Below, piece by piece: positions 1 through 15,559 of a DNA stretch of 64,000 bases. The notes beneath the pieces were generated by a model that was given only the letters and a program-made list of their open reading frames with translations, searched no databases and was not told the origin of the DNA. This DNA is from the human T2T-CHM13v2.0 reference genome, Homo sapiens. Every line of letters starts with the position of its first letter. Position 1 is the first letter of the stretch. The DNA is taken from NCBI RefSeq assembly GCF_009914755.1, contig NC_060926.1; one strand, 5' to 3'. Position numbers and translations under genes: made by a program.

Positions 1-1951
<1,951 letters not shown>

Positions 1952-1999
1952 TTATTTTGCTCGTTAGTTGATGCAGTTTCTTCCTAGTCTCGATGGTCT

Positions 2000-3016
2000 T
2001 TACATTTTGGCATGATTTTGCAGCGGCTGGTACAGGTTGTTCCTTTCCATGTTTAGTGCTTCCTTCAGGAGCTCTTTTAGGGCAGGCCTGGTGGTGACAA
2101 AATCTCTCAGCATTTGCTTGTCTATAAAGTATTTTATTTCTCCTTCACTTATGAAGCTTAGTTTGGCTGGATATGAAATTCTGGGTTGAAAATTCTTTTC
2201 TTTAAGAATGTTGAATATTGGCCCCCACTCTCTTCTGGCTTGTAGGGTTTCTGCCGAGAGATCTGCTCTTAGTCTGATGGGCTTCCCTTTGAGGGTAACC
2301 CGACCTTTCTCTCTGGCTGCCCTTAACATTTTTTCCTTCATTTCAACTTTGGTGAATCTGACAATTATGTGTCTTGGAGTTTCTCTTCTCGAGGAGTATC
2401 TTTGTGGCGTTCTCTGTATTTCCTGAATCTGAACGTTGGCCTGCCTTGCTAGATTGGGGAAGTTCTCCTGGATAATATCCTGCAGAGTGTTTTCCAACTT
2501 GGTTCCATTCTCCCCATCACTTTCAGGTACACCAATCAGACGTAGATTTGGTCTTTTCACATAGTCCCATATTTCTTGGAGGCTTTGCTCATTTCTTTTT
2601 ATTCTTTTTTCTCTAAACTTCCCTTCTCGCTTCATTTCATTCATTTCATCTTCCATCGCTGATACCCTTTCTTCCAGTTGATCGTATCGGCTCCTGAGGC
2701 TTCTGCATTCTTCACGTAGTTCTCGAGCCTTGGTTTTCAGCTCCATCAGCTCCTTTAAGCACTTCTCTGTATTGGTTATTCTAGTTATACATTCTTCTAA
2801 ATTTTTTTCAAAGTTTTCAACTTCTTTGCCTTTGGTTTGAATGTCCTCCCGTAGCTCAGAGTAATTTGATCGTCTGAAGCCTTCTTCTCTCAGCTCGTCA
2901 AAGTCATTCTCCATCCAGCTTTGTTCTGTTGCTGGTGAGGAACTGCGTTCCTTTGGAGGAGGAGAGATGCTCTGCGTTTTAGAGTTTCCAGTTTTTCTGT
3001 TCTGTTTTTTCCCCAT
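2000..3016 (-). CDS. ORF1: LINE-1 ORF1p (RNA-binding/chaperone), intact 338 aa
   Basis: MGKKQNRKTGNSK...QNHAKM; REKG, ARR and YPAKLS motifs retained. Confidence 0.96.
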   Translation of the reverse strand: MGKKQNRKTGNSKTQSISPPPKERSSSPATEQSWMENDFDELREEGFRRSNYSELREDIQTKGKEVENFEKNLEECITRITNTEKCLKELMELKTKARELREECRSLRSRYDQLEERVSAMEDEMNEMKREGKFREKRIKRNEQSLQEIWDYVKRPNLRLIGVPESDGENGTKLENTLQDIIQENFPNLARQANVQIQEIQRTPQRYSSRRETPRHIIVRFTKVEMKEKMLRAAREKGRVTLKGKPIRLRADLSAETLQARREWGPIFNILKEKNFQPRISYPAKLSFISEGEIKYFIDKQMLRDFVTTRPALKELLKEALNMERNNLYQPLQNHAKM

Positions 3017-3923
3017 CTTTGTGGTTTTATCTACTTTTGGTCTTTGATGATGGTGATGTACAGATGGGTTTTCGGTGTGGATGTCCTTTCTGTTTGTTAG
3101 TTTTCCTTCTAACAGACAGGACCCTCAGCTGCAGGTCTGTTGGAATACCCTGCCGTGTGAGGTGTCAGTGTGCCCCTGCTGGGGGGTGCCTCCCAGTTAG
3201 GCTGCTTGGGGGTCAGGGGTCAGGGACCCACTTGAGGAGGCAGTCTGCCGGTTCTCAGATCTCCATCTGCGTGCTGGGAGAACCACTGCTCTCTTCAAAG
3301 CTGTCAGACAGGGACATTTAAGTCTGCAGAGGTTACTGCTGTCTTTTGTTTGTCTGTGCCCTGCCCCCAGAGGTGGAGCCTACAGAGGCAGGCAGGCCTC
3401 CTTGAGCTGTGGTGGGCTCCACCCAGTTTGGGCTTCCTGGCTGCTTTGTTTACCTAAGCAAGCCTGGGCAATGGCGGGCGCCCCTCCCCCAGCCTCGCTG
3501 CCGCCTTGCAGTTTGATCTCAGACTGCTGTCCTAGCAATCAGCGAGATTCCGTGGGCATAGGACCCTCCGAGCCAGGTGTGGGATATAGTCTCGTGGTGC
3601 GCCGTTTTTTAAGCCAGTCTGAAAAGCGCAATATTTGGGTGGGAGTGACCCGATTTTCCAGGTGCGTCCATCACCCCTTTCTTTGACTCGGAAAGGGAAC
3701 TAACTCCCTGACCCCTTGCGCTTCCCAGGTGAGGCAATGCCTCGCCCTGCTTCAGCTCGCGCAGGGTGCGCGCACCCACTGACCTGCGCCCACTGTCTGG
3801 CACTCCCTAGTGAGATGAACCCGGTACCTCAGATGGAAATGCAGAAATCACCCGTCTTCTGCGTCGCTCATGCTGGGAGCTGTAGACCGGAGCTGTTCCT
3901 GTTTGGCCATCTTGGCTCCTCCC
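3017..3923. promoter_or_regulatory. L1-A 5'UTR with internal sense promoter (minus) and antisense promoter (plus)
   Basis: CpG-rich L1 5'UTR; the YY1-site region reads CAAGATGGCCA on minus (CpG-decayed). Activity cannot be shown from sequence. Confidence 0.7.
3471..3686 (+). CDS. ORF0: LINE-1 antisense ORF0, 71 aa, intact
   Basis: ATG at 3471; MAGAPPPASLPPCSLISDCC...RFSRCVHHPFL*, 216 nt. Confidence 0.8.
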   Translation: MAGAPPPASLPPCSLISDCCPSNQRDSVGIGPSEPGVGYSLVVRRFLSQSEKRNIWVGVTRFSRCVHHPFL

Positions 3924-4284
3924 TCATGTCTTTCAAGAGAGAAGAAGATGGCCTGCCCAAGCTGTGGGATGTTTAGGGCGTGCTCTGCAGGGTGGAGATG
4001 GGCTTTTAGGCCTGAGAGACCCCACCAGGATCTCCTGGTAGCACTGATGTGACTGAGCTTCAGAAACAGGGGATGATGACCAGCAACGGTGGCCCAGCCG
4101 CCATGTTCCCTGTGATTGAGAGGCAGTGCTGAGCCCAGAGGTGGTGGCGTGAGGTGTGGGGTGCAGCCTTCATTCTGTTCCACAGCCACAAGGTCCTGAG
4201 GCTGACCTTGCCTATGACTGGCATAAGCCTTGACTTTCCTGCAATGGTACAATGACCGACTTCTGTAAGGAGGCAGTGATGGGG

Positions 4285-4750
4285 TAGTAGTCAGAGCCTG
4301 GAGTCCGGAGTTCCAAGCCCAGCTGACCCGCAAATGCTGCATGAATTGGGCAAGACACGGAACCTGGTGGAGCATCACCATTTCCTCACTGGAAACACAG
4401 TGGGGGTGGAGGGTAATAACTGCACTTCACTTGTAGGGTTGTTGCAGGGATTAAATGAGTTAATATTTGCAAAGCACTTAGAACAATCGCTGGTACCTAG
4501 TAAACACTCAATAAATGTATAACCATCTCCTGAGTGTTGGTTGTGTGCCAAGAGCAGTGCTAGGATATTCCTATGTAGAGAATTATTTAAGCCTTGCAGT
4601 AGCCCTGAGGGTGGTACTATTTCCATTTTACAGATGAGGAAACTGAGTTTGAGATATGTAACATCTTGAGATCAGGCACAGTTACCCAGTATAGCTGCTG
4701 GACGAGTGTGCAGGAAACTTGGCTCGCGTTATTTGAAATCCTTAAGGATC
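4285..4750. mobile_element. Two MIR SINEs tail-to-tail (plus ~4285-4520, minus ~4530-4750)
   Basis: MIR motifs gggattaaatgagttaat...cacttagaaca and ccattttacagatgaggaaactgag. Confidence 0.75.
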
Positions 4751-6067
4751 ACACTTTCAAGACTTAATATTAGGCTCAGAAAGTGTCTTTGGGTCCTCTT
4801 ACTGGAGCAGGTGCCAACTTCATCGTTGACCTGCCTGTGTCTTCAGGCATGGGCAGGTGGGCCACCTGCTGCTGCAGGGAGGGAATCAAAGGGGCTGCAG
4901 GGAACAGTGTGAGATTGGAGCCAAAGGCAGATCCTGACATCGGTTGGGGAAACATGGGCTCAAGCCAGCTCAGAAAAAAGAGATCATTGTTTTTCCATCA
5001 AAGGTTCTTTTGATTTAAAGCACCACAGCAGCACGGAGGATTGGGGAAGTACTAAGTTTGTCCTGCAAAGGATAAACGGCAGTGCTCAGAAGGCTGCCAG
5101 GACATGCCATGTGCTTCTTCCCAGGTCTCGCAGCGTTGGCAGGAACACACAGGCTCGGTGTGGCTTGGTTCTCTCACTGCTAACCAGGCTGTGCAGCTGC
5201 AGCACGTGAGGCTTTAGTTAAAGAGTAACTGGTGAGAAAGAGGAGGACTGAGCTCATAAACTTTTATTTAAGGGAGATTGAAGACTGCTCAGATGACTGT
5301 TTTGTAGAGTAGAAATCTGCATGTATCTGTCAGAATGGTGCTGAAAACCAGGTTCCTGCCAACGGGAGTGTCCACTGCATCCTGTGTTTTGCTAGATGCT
5401 TTTTAGGCACTGCCTCTGGTCCCTAGTGGGTAAGGTAGACTGCATATATGAGAGCACTGAGGCTCAGAGGGGTGACGGGACTCTGCCAAGACCCTGCAGT
5501 GGTGAGCTATTGAGATGGAAAGTCACCATCAGAACTCATTTGCAAAGACCCTAACAGTTACCAAAACTGCCTCAGCACACATCTAATTTTGATCGAACTA
5601 GATTCAAATGGGACTGAAAGGTCCCTTTAAAGAAATTTCGGAGCATGAATTGAGCTGGTCCTAACTGCAGCAAATGAGTCGTTCTTTAAGAAATGACACT
5701 GATGTATAAAGTGTGACTGACATTCATAAGCTGGGAGATGGACAGCCTGCCTTGCGAAAGCTTCCATAGTCTTTCCCTTTTAATAGCATGCTCCTATCAT
5801 ACAGGAAGACATGGATTTGATGAATAAGGTTCCTTGTCTGAGGTAGACTCAGACAATTTAGCCAGCATTCCACATTGTCATCTGCTCACTCCCGCCTTCT
5901 CAGCTTTGAAGTGGTCTAGCTGAGCCCACCCCCAGCCCACCCTAAACTTCTCTCACATTGACCTTCCCCACAAATATCAGCAATATCCTTTCCCTCTAAC
6001 ATTCTGCGTGCTTGACATCCCACCTCCTCTTAGAAGTCTGGCTTCCTCTTCTCAGCCTACTATGCTG

Positions 6068-6278
6068 AGGTTGCCAGATAAAATACAGGATGCCTAGGTA
6101 TATTTCAATTTTAGATTAACAGTAAATTTAAAAAAATTTCTTGTAAGTACATCCCAAATAACATAATATGGCCCATGCAATATTTTGGACACACTTATAA
6201 TAAAAATTATTCTTTGTTCGTCTGAAGTTCAAATTTAACTGAATGTCCTGTCTTTTTATTTGCTAAATCCAGTAACCC
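6068..6278. mobile_element. MER53 palindromic hAT MITE
   Basis: aggttgccagataaaatacaggatg ... tgtcctgtctttttatttgctaaatccagtaacc; self-complementary arms. Confidence 0.8.
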
Positions 6279-6508
6279 CACTGTGGGCTCTTTTTCCTTT
6301 AACTCTTATAGCATTTAATTGTCTGACTCATTCAGTTTTACTTTGGGTTATCGTGTCTGTCCTCTCTCCCTTGCTGGGCTATCGGCACCCAGAAACCAGG
6401 GCCCTGGCTCTCCACGGGACCCCATGGCATGCCTTCTACATAGCACATGGTCAAAAATATGTTTAAGTAGTAAGCCAGTTACATATGTATATACACACAC
6501 ACATATAA

Positions 6509-6557
6509 TTAGGTTGGTGCAAAAGTAATTGTGGTTTTTGCCACTACTTTCAATGGC
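6509..6557 (+). mobile_element. MADE1 (mariner MITE), truncated, right TIR missing
   Basis: ttaggttggtgcaaaagtaattgtggtttttgccactactttcaatggc. Confidence 0.85.
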
Positions 6558-6940
6558 TTCATTGCCTGTGCTAGACTGGTGGCTTTTTGAGAGTACTTCC
6601 ATATCCCAGCACTATTGAGGTTTGGGCTGGGCACAGAGCAGAGCTTAGAAGACGGCTGTTTACTTGTCTTTTCTGAAACACACCTCCAACATACATCTTA
6701 ACACGTTGCCCTTTCTGAGTGTTTTTGGACTATTCGCTTTGCCCACATCCCCAAAACAAAATAAAGCAATGAAAAACTAAGCAAAACTAAATTAAACTGA
6801 TCTGAATGGAACTAAACCAAACCAAATTAAACTAAACAGCTACAGGTAGATAGCCTTAGTGGAAAGAATATTCTAGTGGGTCTTGGCATGCACTTGGCAT
6901 GTGCTGAGGGCAGCGTGGCCCAGAGAGCTTGGGTTTAGCT

Positions 6941-7014
6941 AAGTCTAGCATTGTGTCAAATGGGTGAAATAAACACAAGCCTAGCATTGGGTCAAATGGG
7001 TGAAATCAACTAAG
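6941..7014. repeat. 36-bp tandem duplication
   Basis: ctagcattg(t/g)gtcaaatgggtgaaat at 6945 and 6981. Confidence 0.85.
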
Positions 7015-8154
7015 TTTATTTATGTAATAAACAAACACAACCACACTATGACATTTTTCAGAGTTCAGGAAATTCTATTTATTTAACATTTTTCTAATTC
7101 AGAACTGATCATGATCCCCCAAAAAGGCAGGACCAGAGTTCCCCTTTGCATTCCTTTGAACAAAACATTGACCATACAAAGTAAGAATATACACAACACT
7201 GTCAAGGTGGGCTTAACCTATTTAAAAGAACAAATTGCTTTTGCTTTCAAACAAACGAATGCTGCTAATGTGAAATGTTTTACTCATTAAACCTGGACCA
7301 GCGAGTGCCTGCTTAGTAAGACAGAATGAGCATCCAGGGCAGGAGGTAACCTGAGCTTGTGGGAGCAATTAGGTACACTTTCACGTGGCCAGCATTCAGA
7401 TGTTCTCTCCCCTCTGAAGACTGAGCTGTGAGAATGTAGAGTCCATAGGCCTTTTGTGGGAGAAGCTGGAGGTTCATCCAATTCAACTTTTGCCTGAGAT
7501 AGGGCCATGATGTGCGGTCATGGGGATCCCCTTCCAATACCTTGCAATAGTGTGGGGCGCAGCCCTCCTGTGGATGCCTGGTCTGTCCTCTGTCTTCTCT
7601 GGCACAAGACAGCCCCTCAAATATCTGCAGGCAGCTTTTAGGGGCCATCTGAGCCTTTGATTATTTGCCAAAGCAGAAATGTCTGCAGGAAGCAAGGTCT
7701 AAAGAAGAGAGGGCTGTGTCATTCTCATGCCTCCTCTCCCATCTCCTTGGACTTTCTGAAGGGAAGATGGAGTAAGGTGGGCATGACTCCTTTCCCCTGA
7801 ATTTGTGTTTGCAAGAGATGCCTTGATAGCTGTTTGAGGTGGGAACTGGGGGTGAGGCGTGGTTAGTGATAGAGGAGGGTTGGTAAACTGTCTTCCATTG
7901 GGTGGGTCTTGTTTAGGCAAGTGCAGAAGTAGGAGGTAGCTGGGGAGGGTAGGAGTTCTTTGAACAATGCAGGGAAGAGGAGTTTGAAATCAGGGGTGGA
8001 GACATCAGAGAGGGAGGAGACAGGAAACCTGGGGTTCACACGGGAGCAGACACGCAGCTCTCTGCAGGGAGGGGTGGCCCAAGATGGACTTTGAGAACAG
8101 AAAACATCCATTGTCAAACTGGGGGCAAAGTGATTGGTTCAAAAACACTCAGAT

Positions 8155-8282
8155 GGCCAGGAGTGGTGGCTCATGCCTGTAACTCCAGCACTTTGGGAGG
8201 CCAAGGCAGGAGAATCATGTGAGGCCAGGAGTTTGTGACCAGCCTGGGCAACATAGCGAGACTGTCTGTACAAAAATAAAAG
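8155..8282 (+). mobile_element. Free left Alu monomer (FLAM-like)
   Basis: Single monomer ggccaggagtggtggctcatgcctgtaa...gagactgtctgtacaaaaataaaa. Confidence 0.8.
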
Positions 8283-9296
8283 ACCCCAAACAAACAAAAG
8301 CACACACACACAGAGCCAGAAACATCCCTTATGAGCTTCATGTCTGTTCACTGCTTCTCTCCCTTCCCTGATTCAGGAAGGAAAGGCCCATGAGCCAGCT
8401 GATGCATTGTAGAGGGTTGTGTGGTGTGCCGTGGTAACTGGCTCCCCTTCCTGGAGGGTAGCAGGCTCCACCCCACTCAAAGGACCCTGTTGGAGGCTGA
8501 GTCTTGGCAGAGGGGGCTGTTCCCCAACCCTTTTCTCCTTTGTCCTCCAGAAGGGGAACAGCTCTTGCTAAAGGTGTTACTGCTTTGCTTGGCACTCATC
8601 GCCCCCCTCAGTTATGTTCAAGTCAAGCACTTTTTCAACTGTGAGCAAGTATGCAGATGGTTCGAAACAGAAGCCTGTCATGTGCTTTATATTCATGAAA
8701 ACTACAGAGCAAACATTTGAAAGCCAAGCCATCTTGGAGTAATTTGCATTTTAATTAATACTTCAAATGAATTGCTGTTTTGAAAAAATTCCTGTTTCTG
8801 GCTTTTGGATCTTGAAGAGCAAAGACCAGGTATCAAAGTCCCTGCTCCAGCAGGCTGTGGTTGCCTTTGGCCCCTGTCTTGGCTGGCTTGGGCGTTCTGA
8901 TGCTAGGAGCGAGGATTGGGATTTGGTTGCCTGCCAATTGTTCCTTAGGGAGGGGGCTGAACACACTTACTTAGAAAAATTATGTATTAGAGTTGCTATC
9001 TAAATGATGGTTGAAGGGGAATAGAGGTCATGCGTAAAAAAAGACAGTTGTCAAAATTCCTCATGCTATTTAAAGGTGGCCTGATCATTTTATCTTTTTT
9101 GTAATCCTTCCAAACTTTAAAAAGCACGTATATACATAATAATGAACATATACAGATTTATGTTTTTTTTAAAATATAGATAGGGGAACTTTGCTCTTCA
9201 ACTTGTACATACTGATCTAAAATTTGCTTCTTTTTTGTTTTTAAAACTCAGGTGTTGAGAAACTTGACCTGTGGGCCAATTCCAGCCCAAAGCCTG

Positions 9297-9840
9297 TTTT
9301 TTTTTTTTCTTTTTTTAATATACTTTTGTTTTAGATTCAAGGGTACATATGCAGGTTTGTTACATGCGTAAATTACATGTTGCAGGGGTTTGATGTACAG
9401 ATTATTTAGTCGCCCAGGTAATAAGCATGGTGCCCGGTAGGTTAGTTTTTCGACACTCATCCTCCTTTCACCCAGCCAACCTCAAGCAGGCCCTGGTGTC
9501 TATTGTTCCCTTCTTTGCATCCGTCTGTACTCAGTGTTTAGCTCTCAGTTATAAGTGAGAACATGTGGTGTTTTGTTTCTGTTCCTATGTTAGTTCACTT
9601 AGGACAAAGATGTCTAGATCCATCCATGTTGCTGCAAAGGATATGACCTTGTTCTCTTTTATGGCTGGGTAATATTCCACATTTTCTTTATCCAGTCTAC
9701 TATTGATGGGCTTCTAGGTTGATTCCATGTCTTTGTTATTGTGAATAGTGCTGCAATGAACATATGTGCACATGTGTTTTTATGGTAGAAAAATTTATAT
9801 TCCTTGGGGTATATGCCTAGTAATGGGATTTCTGGGTCAT
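9297..9840 (-). mobile_element. Older L1 3' fragment (L1PA15/16-like)
   Basis: Poly-T then ttagattcaagggtacatatgcaggtttgttacatg...; L1 3'UTR and ORF2 end. Confidence 0.8.
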
Positions 9841-10366
9841 GTCAGAGAAAAGAGAGAAGGGAGAGTTGGTGTAGGCTGGAGTGCACATAAAGACTTCATG
9901 GAGGGGAAGGAACCTGGTCTGGGCAGGAAGAAATGGTAAGATTAACAGAAGAGAGGCCATCCCATGCGAGTGAAGTAGGGCCTGGCTTCTGTCTTCCCTG
10001 CAGCCCAGCTGCACCCCACATGCCCATGACACAGGGAAGGCAAGTTCAGTTTTTGTAAGTAGTTTAGATGCTGAAGTTTTTCTTTCAGCAAGTGCAGACT
10101 AGGCTGGTGGGGGCTGAGGACACACTGATGGATGTGGAGGCTAAACTGCTGTGGGGGGGTGGGGGGGGTTGGCAGGATGGTTAATAGTGGTAGAGAGGAA
10201 GTGCCACAACAGCCACATTTCTGTGCAATGGAGGAAAATCTGTTCTTGGCTAAGGCTGTCACCAAGAAGGCGCTCTTCCCGTCACACAGCCAGGGCGTCC
10301 CCTTTTTGCTGGTCTTGGGTGGGAAAAATGTAGCTCAAAGGAGAAGAAGGTGGAAGATGGTGTTAA

Positions 10367-10696
<330 letters not shown>

Positions 10697-11055
10697 GACA
10701 ACACTTGTTAAAGCACAGTAAAGAAGACTTTATTCAAGATATCACAATAGGAAAAGGGACCACCACAATGGGATTTTGCCACAGGGAAGAGAGACTGGGC
10801 TCAACTCCAAATACAGCACTCACACGTGAGGTTTATAGCCAAGGAGCAAGTTGGGAGGAAGTGGATGGAAAATTGCTAAGAGGAAACCTCAAGGGTAAGG
10901 GAGATTCTGGCTAAACGGACCTAACAGGATCCTTGCTGAAGATGGGCCAGGGTGACCAGACATCACCTGGAGGATGGTGGAGGATGAAGAGCCTGGTCAG
11001 ATATGGAGGGTGATCAGGTATCAAGGGTAGGGGGATTCTTACAAAACTGACTTGG

Positions 11056-11445
<390 letters not shown>

Positions 11446-11706
11446 CTAAAGTTTGGTTAAGCAAAGACTCTTTGTCAATGGTCACTGACCAGGGAGCTTC
11501 AGAGCCCTTAGGCTGGAAGTCGGTACAGGGGCCCAGAGCACACATGGGGAGGGATATGCTTCTCGCCGGGGTAGGTTATTTGCACAGACGCAGAGCACCA
11601 GAGGGAAGGAACCTCCTTAGGAACTATACAAAATCAGGAACGACAGCATTTATTGAGTGCTTATGAGGCACTGGTAATGTTCTGAGCATTTTACAAATTA
11701 ACTCAT

Positions 11707-12174
11707 TGTATTAGTCAGGGTTTCCAGAGAAAACAGAAACAATAGCATAAATATAGATAAAGATATAACAGGAGATTTGTTATGGGAATTGGGTCATGCG
11801 ATTATGAAGGCTGAGAAGTTTCACAATATGCTATCTGCAAGCTGGAGGGCCAGGAAAGATCATGGTATAATTCAGTCTCAGGCCAAAGGCCTGACTGAGT
11901 ACCAGGAGCTCCAATGTCCAAGGGCAGGAGAAGATGGATGGCCCAGTTCAAGCAGAGGGAGCACCATTGCCCTTCCTCCACCTTCTTGCTCTATCTGGGT
12001 CCTCCAAGGACTGGATGATGCCTGCCCATGCCGGGGAGGGTGGCTCTGCTTTGCTTAGTCCCCTAATGCAAATGCTCATCTCTTCTGGAAACAGCCTTGC
12101 AGACACACCGAGGCTCTATTCTATTCTGGCATCCCTTTACCTAGTCAAGTTGACACCTAAAATTAACCATTACA
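11707..12174 (-). mobile_element. MLT2B-type ERVL solo LTR inserted in a MIR
   Basis: tgtattagtcaggg...aattaaccattaca; 5-bp TSD CTCAT at 11702-11706 and 12175-12179. Confidence 0.85.
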
Positions 12175-12311
12175 CTCATCTAGCTCCATGACAATTCTAT
12201 TAGTATCATTTCTCTTTATTAGGTGAGGAAGATAAGGCGTAGAGCAGTTATGTAAAATATGCAACATCCTTGCATCTTAGACACATTGACTACCAACCTA
12301 TGCGCTAAGTG

Positions 12312-12530
12312 AGGGGCTTTCTCTGAACTTTTGGATTCCCTGGGCCACACTGGAAAAACAATTGTCTTGAGCCACACATAAAATACACTAGCACTAATGA
12401 TAGCTGTTGAGCTAAAAAAATAACAAAAAAATCTTGCAATGTTTTATGAAAATTTATGAATTTGTGTTGGGCGGCTTCAAAGCTGTCCTGGGCCGCATGG
12501 GGCAAGCAGGCCACAGGTTGAAGAAGCTTG
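12312..12530 (+). mobile_element. MER30 (hAT-Charlie MITE)
   Basis: ccctgggccacac...gccacacataaaatacacta...ggccacaggttgaagaagcttg. Confidence 0.85.
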
Positions 12531-12554
12531 TGCTGAGTAAACTACTTTGTTATA

Positions 12555-12710
12555 TTAGCACTGGCCAGCTGTGTGTCCTTGGGGAAGTTTCTTAACCTTT
12601 CTGTGCCTCCATTTGTTCATTACAAAGTAGTTGTTGTACTGGTTCTTTATAGGGGAGGTGTGCAGATTAAGCAAGATGTGCATGCAAAACCCTTGCATGG
12701 GGCCTGACTC
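12555..12710 (+). mobile_element. MIR
   Basis: agctgtgtgtccttggggaagtttcttaacctttctgtgcctc core. Confidence 0.7.
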
Positions 12711-13204
12711 TCCCCAAAAGTCAGTTGTTATTATTTCTCCTATGCCATCTACCTAAGTGAAGTCTGAGAATTACAGAAGAAGAGGCTGAGGATTTTTCAT
12801 ATATAGGTTCTAACTGTGCAGGCTGGCATGGGAACAGGTCGGGTGGGAAGCACCCCAGCAGAATCTGAGGGCTACCAGCAGCCTCAGTCTGGATGAGAAC
12901 TGAGCCCATGATTTAACAGAGAATGCTTCACTATTCTCTGAAGAGGAAGAACCAGCAGGCGACCCAGGGACCCTGGGGATGGTCATTTCTAGGGTGTCGT
13001 ATCATAATGGTGAATTTAACTCTCCAAGATTCTCCTCCTTCCAGGTGGTATGTGTTCAGTCATTTTCAACAAATCCTTTTATTGCCCTCATGAAATTGTG
13101 GACTAAATACTACCTCCAGGCATGGTTGCAGAGAGCTAGCTGGACAGGAGGGACCTGCCTCACTGTTGCAGGTGCCCAGTGCGAGTGGCCAGGGAGGCAG
13201 CGGC

Positions 13205-13390
13205 CCTGATTGCGTTGGTACCAGACCTGACTCTGCATCAGAATCAGCTGAGGGGTGGCTGGCATGCAGCCCGGGACCACCTGGGGACTCTGATTCTGCA
13301 GGCATGAGGGTCAGGAGTGAGTGTGCAGGGCCTACAAACATCACAGGTAATCTGGGCTTGTGGTCTTCACACCCGGCTCTGAGAAACTGT
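13205..13390. mobile_element. MER5-like hAT MITE
   Basis: tgcatcagaatcagctg...ctctgattctgcagg...tgagaaactg. Confidence 0.5.
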
Positions 13391-15339
13391 CTTGGACAGG
13401 AGACTGCCTCGGAAAGGCAAATTATCCTCAGTGTGCTACAAGACATTCTACAGCTGAAGTGTACCTGTGAATATGTCTGTTGGAATCCTTCCCAAGAGAT
13501 ATACCAGCTCTATAAAGACACACGCATCTTTAGGTGTAACCAATGACATTTCCCTGCAGAAACAGATGTATTACCAGGTTCCAACTTCCTGCTGCTTTGA
13601 GTCCTTGTCTTGAAAAGAAGTTCAATTGGAATTTTAAGACATAAATATTTGGCATACATTCTTCTCATCAATTGAATTCTCTCTGCAAATGGTTCTCCCT
13701 GAGTCAAAGCCTTCAAAAGTCCTTCAAAAGAAGTACTGTAGTCAGGGTTAGCTTGCTCATTCTTTAGAATCCTCCAGGGGTGAATACGTGGGCTGGATTC
13801 AGTTATGACACGTTATGGGCGAGTCATTTGAGGAATGTGGGAACATAGTTTTGACATTTTAAGCACTGATAACATTTGAAATCAAGGCGGATAACGACTT
13901 TTATTAATTACCCCGTCTCCTCCTGCTCTTCTGGCCTCTGCCCCTCACCAGCTGTTAAACATTTGAGAAAATGGTAAATGAACATGGTTATAAGCAATTA
14001 TGAGTTTTTCTTTTTTAAGGGACAGATGGAATCAAGGTTTCTATTTTAAGAGGTTTTCAAATTTAGGTTATGTCTACACCATGCCACGTTATTACAAGAG
14101 AACCATATGTTTTCTTTCAGTGTCACTGAAACTTCATTCTAGAATGGGCCTGGATCCACAGTCAGTGCTGTGTATGGGAGCAAGTTCATAGATGCTTCAC
14201 TTGTACAGAATACTTTGCAATAATTCCACCTTTTCCCACCTTTCCCCCCATTTTTAATAGTGAGGCAAGGAGGAGAGATGAAGGAGCTGCTTCTTGGGGA
14301 AAGAGCAGGGCCTTGCAAGGTGCATGTTGTTGCTGCGCACTTCATCAGTCATGGTGTGTGCAAACTGGCAGCCTCATCACAAATCATTGCCAGAATCCAG
14401 TGTCCCATCTATCTTCATTCAGTTAAGCCTCCTTGTGAATAGGTCCTCAAAGAGATTGGGTTCATGGTGGAACAATACGGACGACATACTCCTTGTTCAA
14501 CTTGGAACCAGAGCAGCAGCCAAAAATGGTTGGCTCTCGCGACGACAGTCCCCCGGACTGAGCTGAACCTCCATGGCTGGTGTGTGGCTATTGCCCTCTT
14601 TTACACGGGCAGCTCTGTCTTCCAACCTGGCAGATGTCTAATGTCTTCAAATAAGCCTTAATGAAATGCCCAGCAGGTGCCACTAATGGTTTTGACCCCA
14701 AGAAAAAGAAATGCGAGTTGAGTGGTAGGGATTTAAAAGCAATAATCGTAGAACAAGTATTCCTAGGCTTTTCTTTGCAAGCCAGTTTGACTGTGGCCCA
14801 GGGTTATCGTGGGTTGGTGACAGGAGTTGGCTGGGACAGGCATGGTGCAAACAGAGCAGGTTGTGGTTGCAGTTCTGCGGGGCCCCTGCTCCACCAACTG
14901 CTGTTTTTTGCCCCATCCCCATCTGCATGGGGCCTGGAAAGGCAATGACATTATCGTACTGAGCTTTGGCGTTCGCAGCCATAATGTTGTGGTTGTGTTT
15001 TGTATGCATGTAGGAAGCTGCCTGGATGTTGTTTTAATTTTCTTAAGGCACTTGGATTTTTTAAAAACTCCTTTTTGTAGCAAAGGTAGCATGGCATTTT
15101 TAGTTAATGAGCTTGTACCCTTTATCTTGTCCTGCTCTAAGGTAATTGGATCTGCTTATAAAATATAGGCTCTTAATTGCTATTCTTAAAAGGCCATCTT
15201 GCTAGGAAGGGTCTGGTTAAGTAATGGCTTTTTAAATTAATAGTAAGCAAGGCAGCTACTCGACTCCTTCCACTGAGACAAAGAGGAACCTGACCTCTTG
15301 AGAGACCCAAGGAGACTCTCAAGGCTTTAAGAGTAAAGA

Positions 15340-15545
15340 AAAGCACAGGGCTTGTAGTCAGATCGCCCTGGCAAAGAATCTTGCTTCCACTGTGTAGCAA
15401 TGAGTAAGACACTCACCTGCAAGTCATAACTTCCTCGTGTTTAAGGTGGGAGTGATAATACCCACCTTACTGGCTTGCTACAGTGATTAGAGATAGTTTG
15501 TAAAGCATCTGGCATGGTTCATAGCCTGTGGTAGTTAGGTGGCAT
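15340..15545 (+). mobile_element. MIR
   Basis: ttcctcgtgtttaaggtgggagtgataatacccacctt...gtaaagcatctggca. Confidence 0.6.
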
Positions 15546-15559
15546 TCATTACTAGTTGG

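Noticed and set aside
3848-4381. 177-aa ORF running into the L1 5' end
   Set aside because: No recognisable domain; spans MIR, flank and L1 UTR, consistent with chance.
14670-14683. CTCF-like motif ccagcaggtgccac
   Set aside because: Mismatch at a highly conserved core G; cannot be supported without ChIP data.
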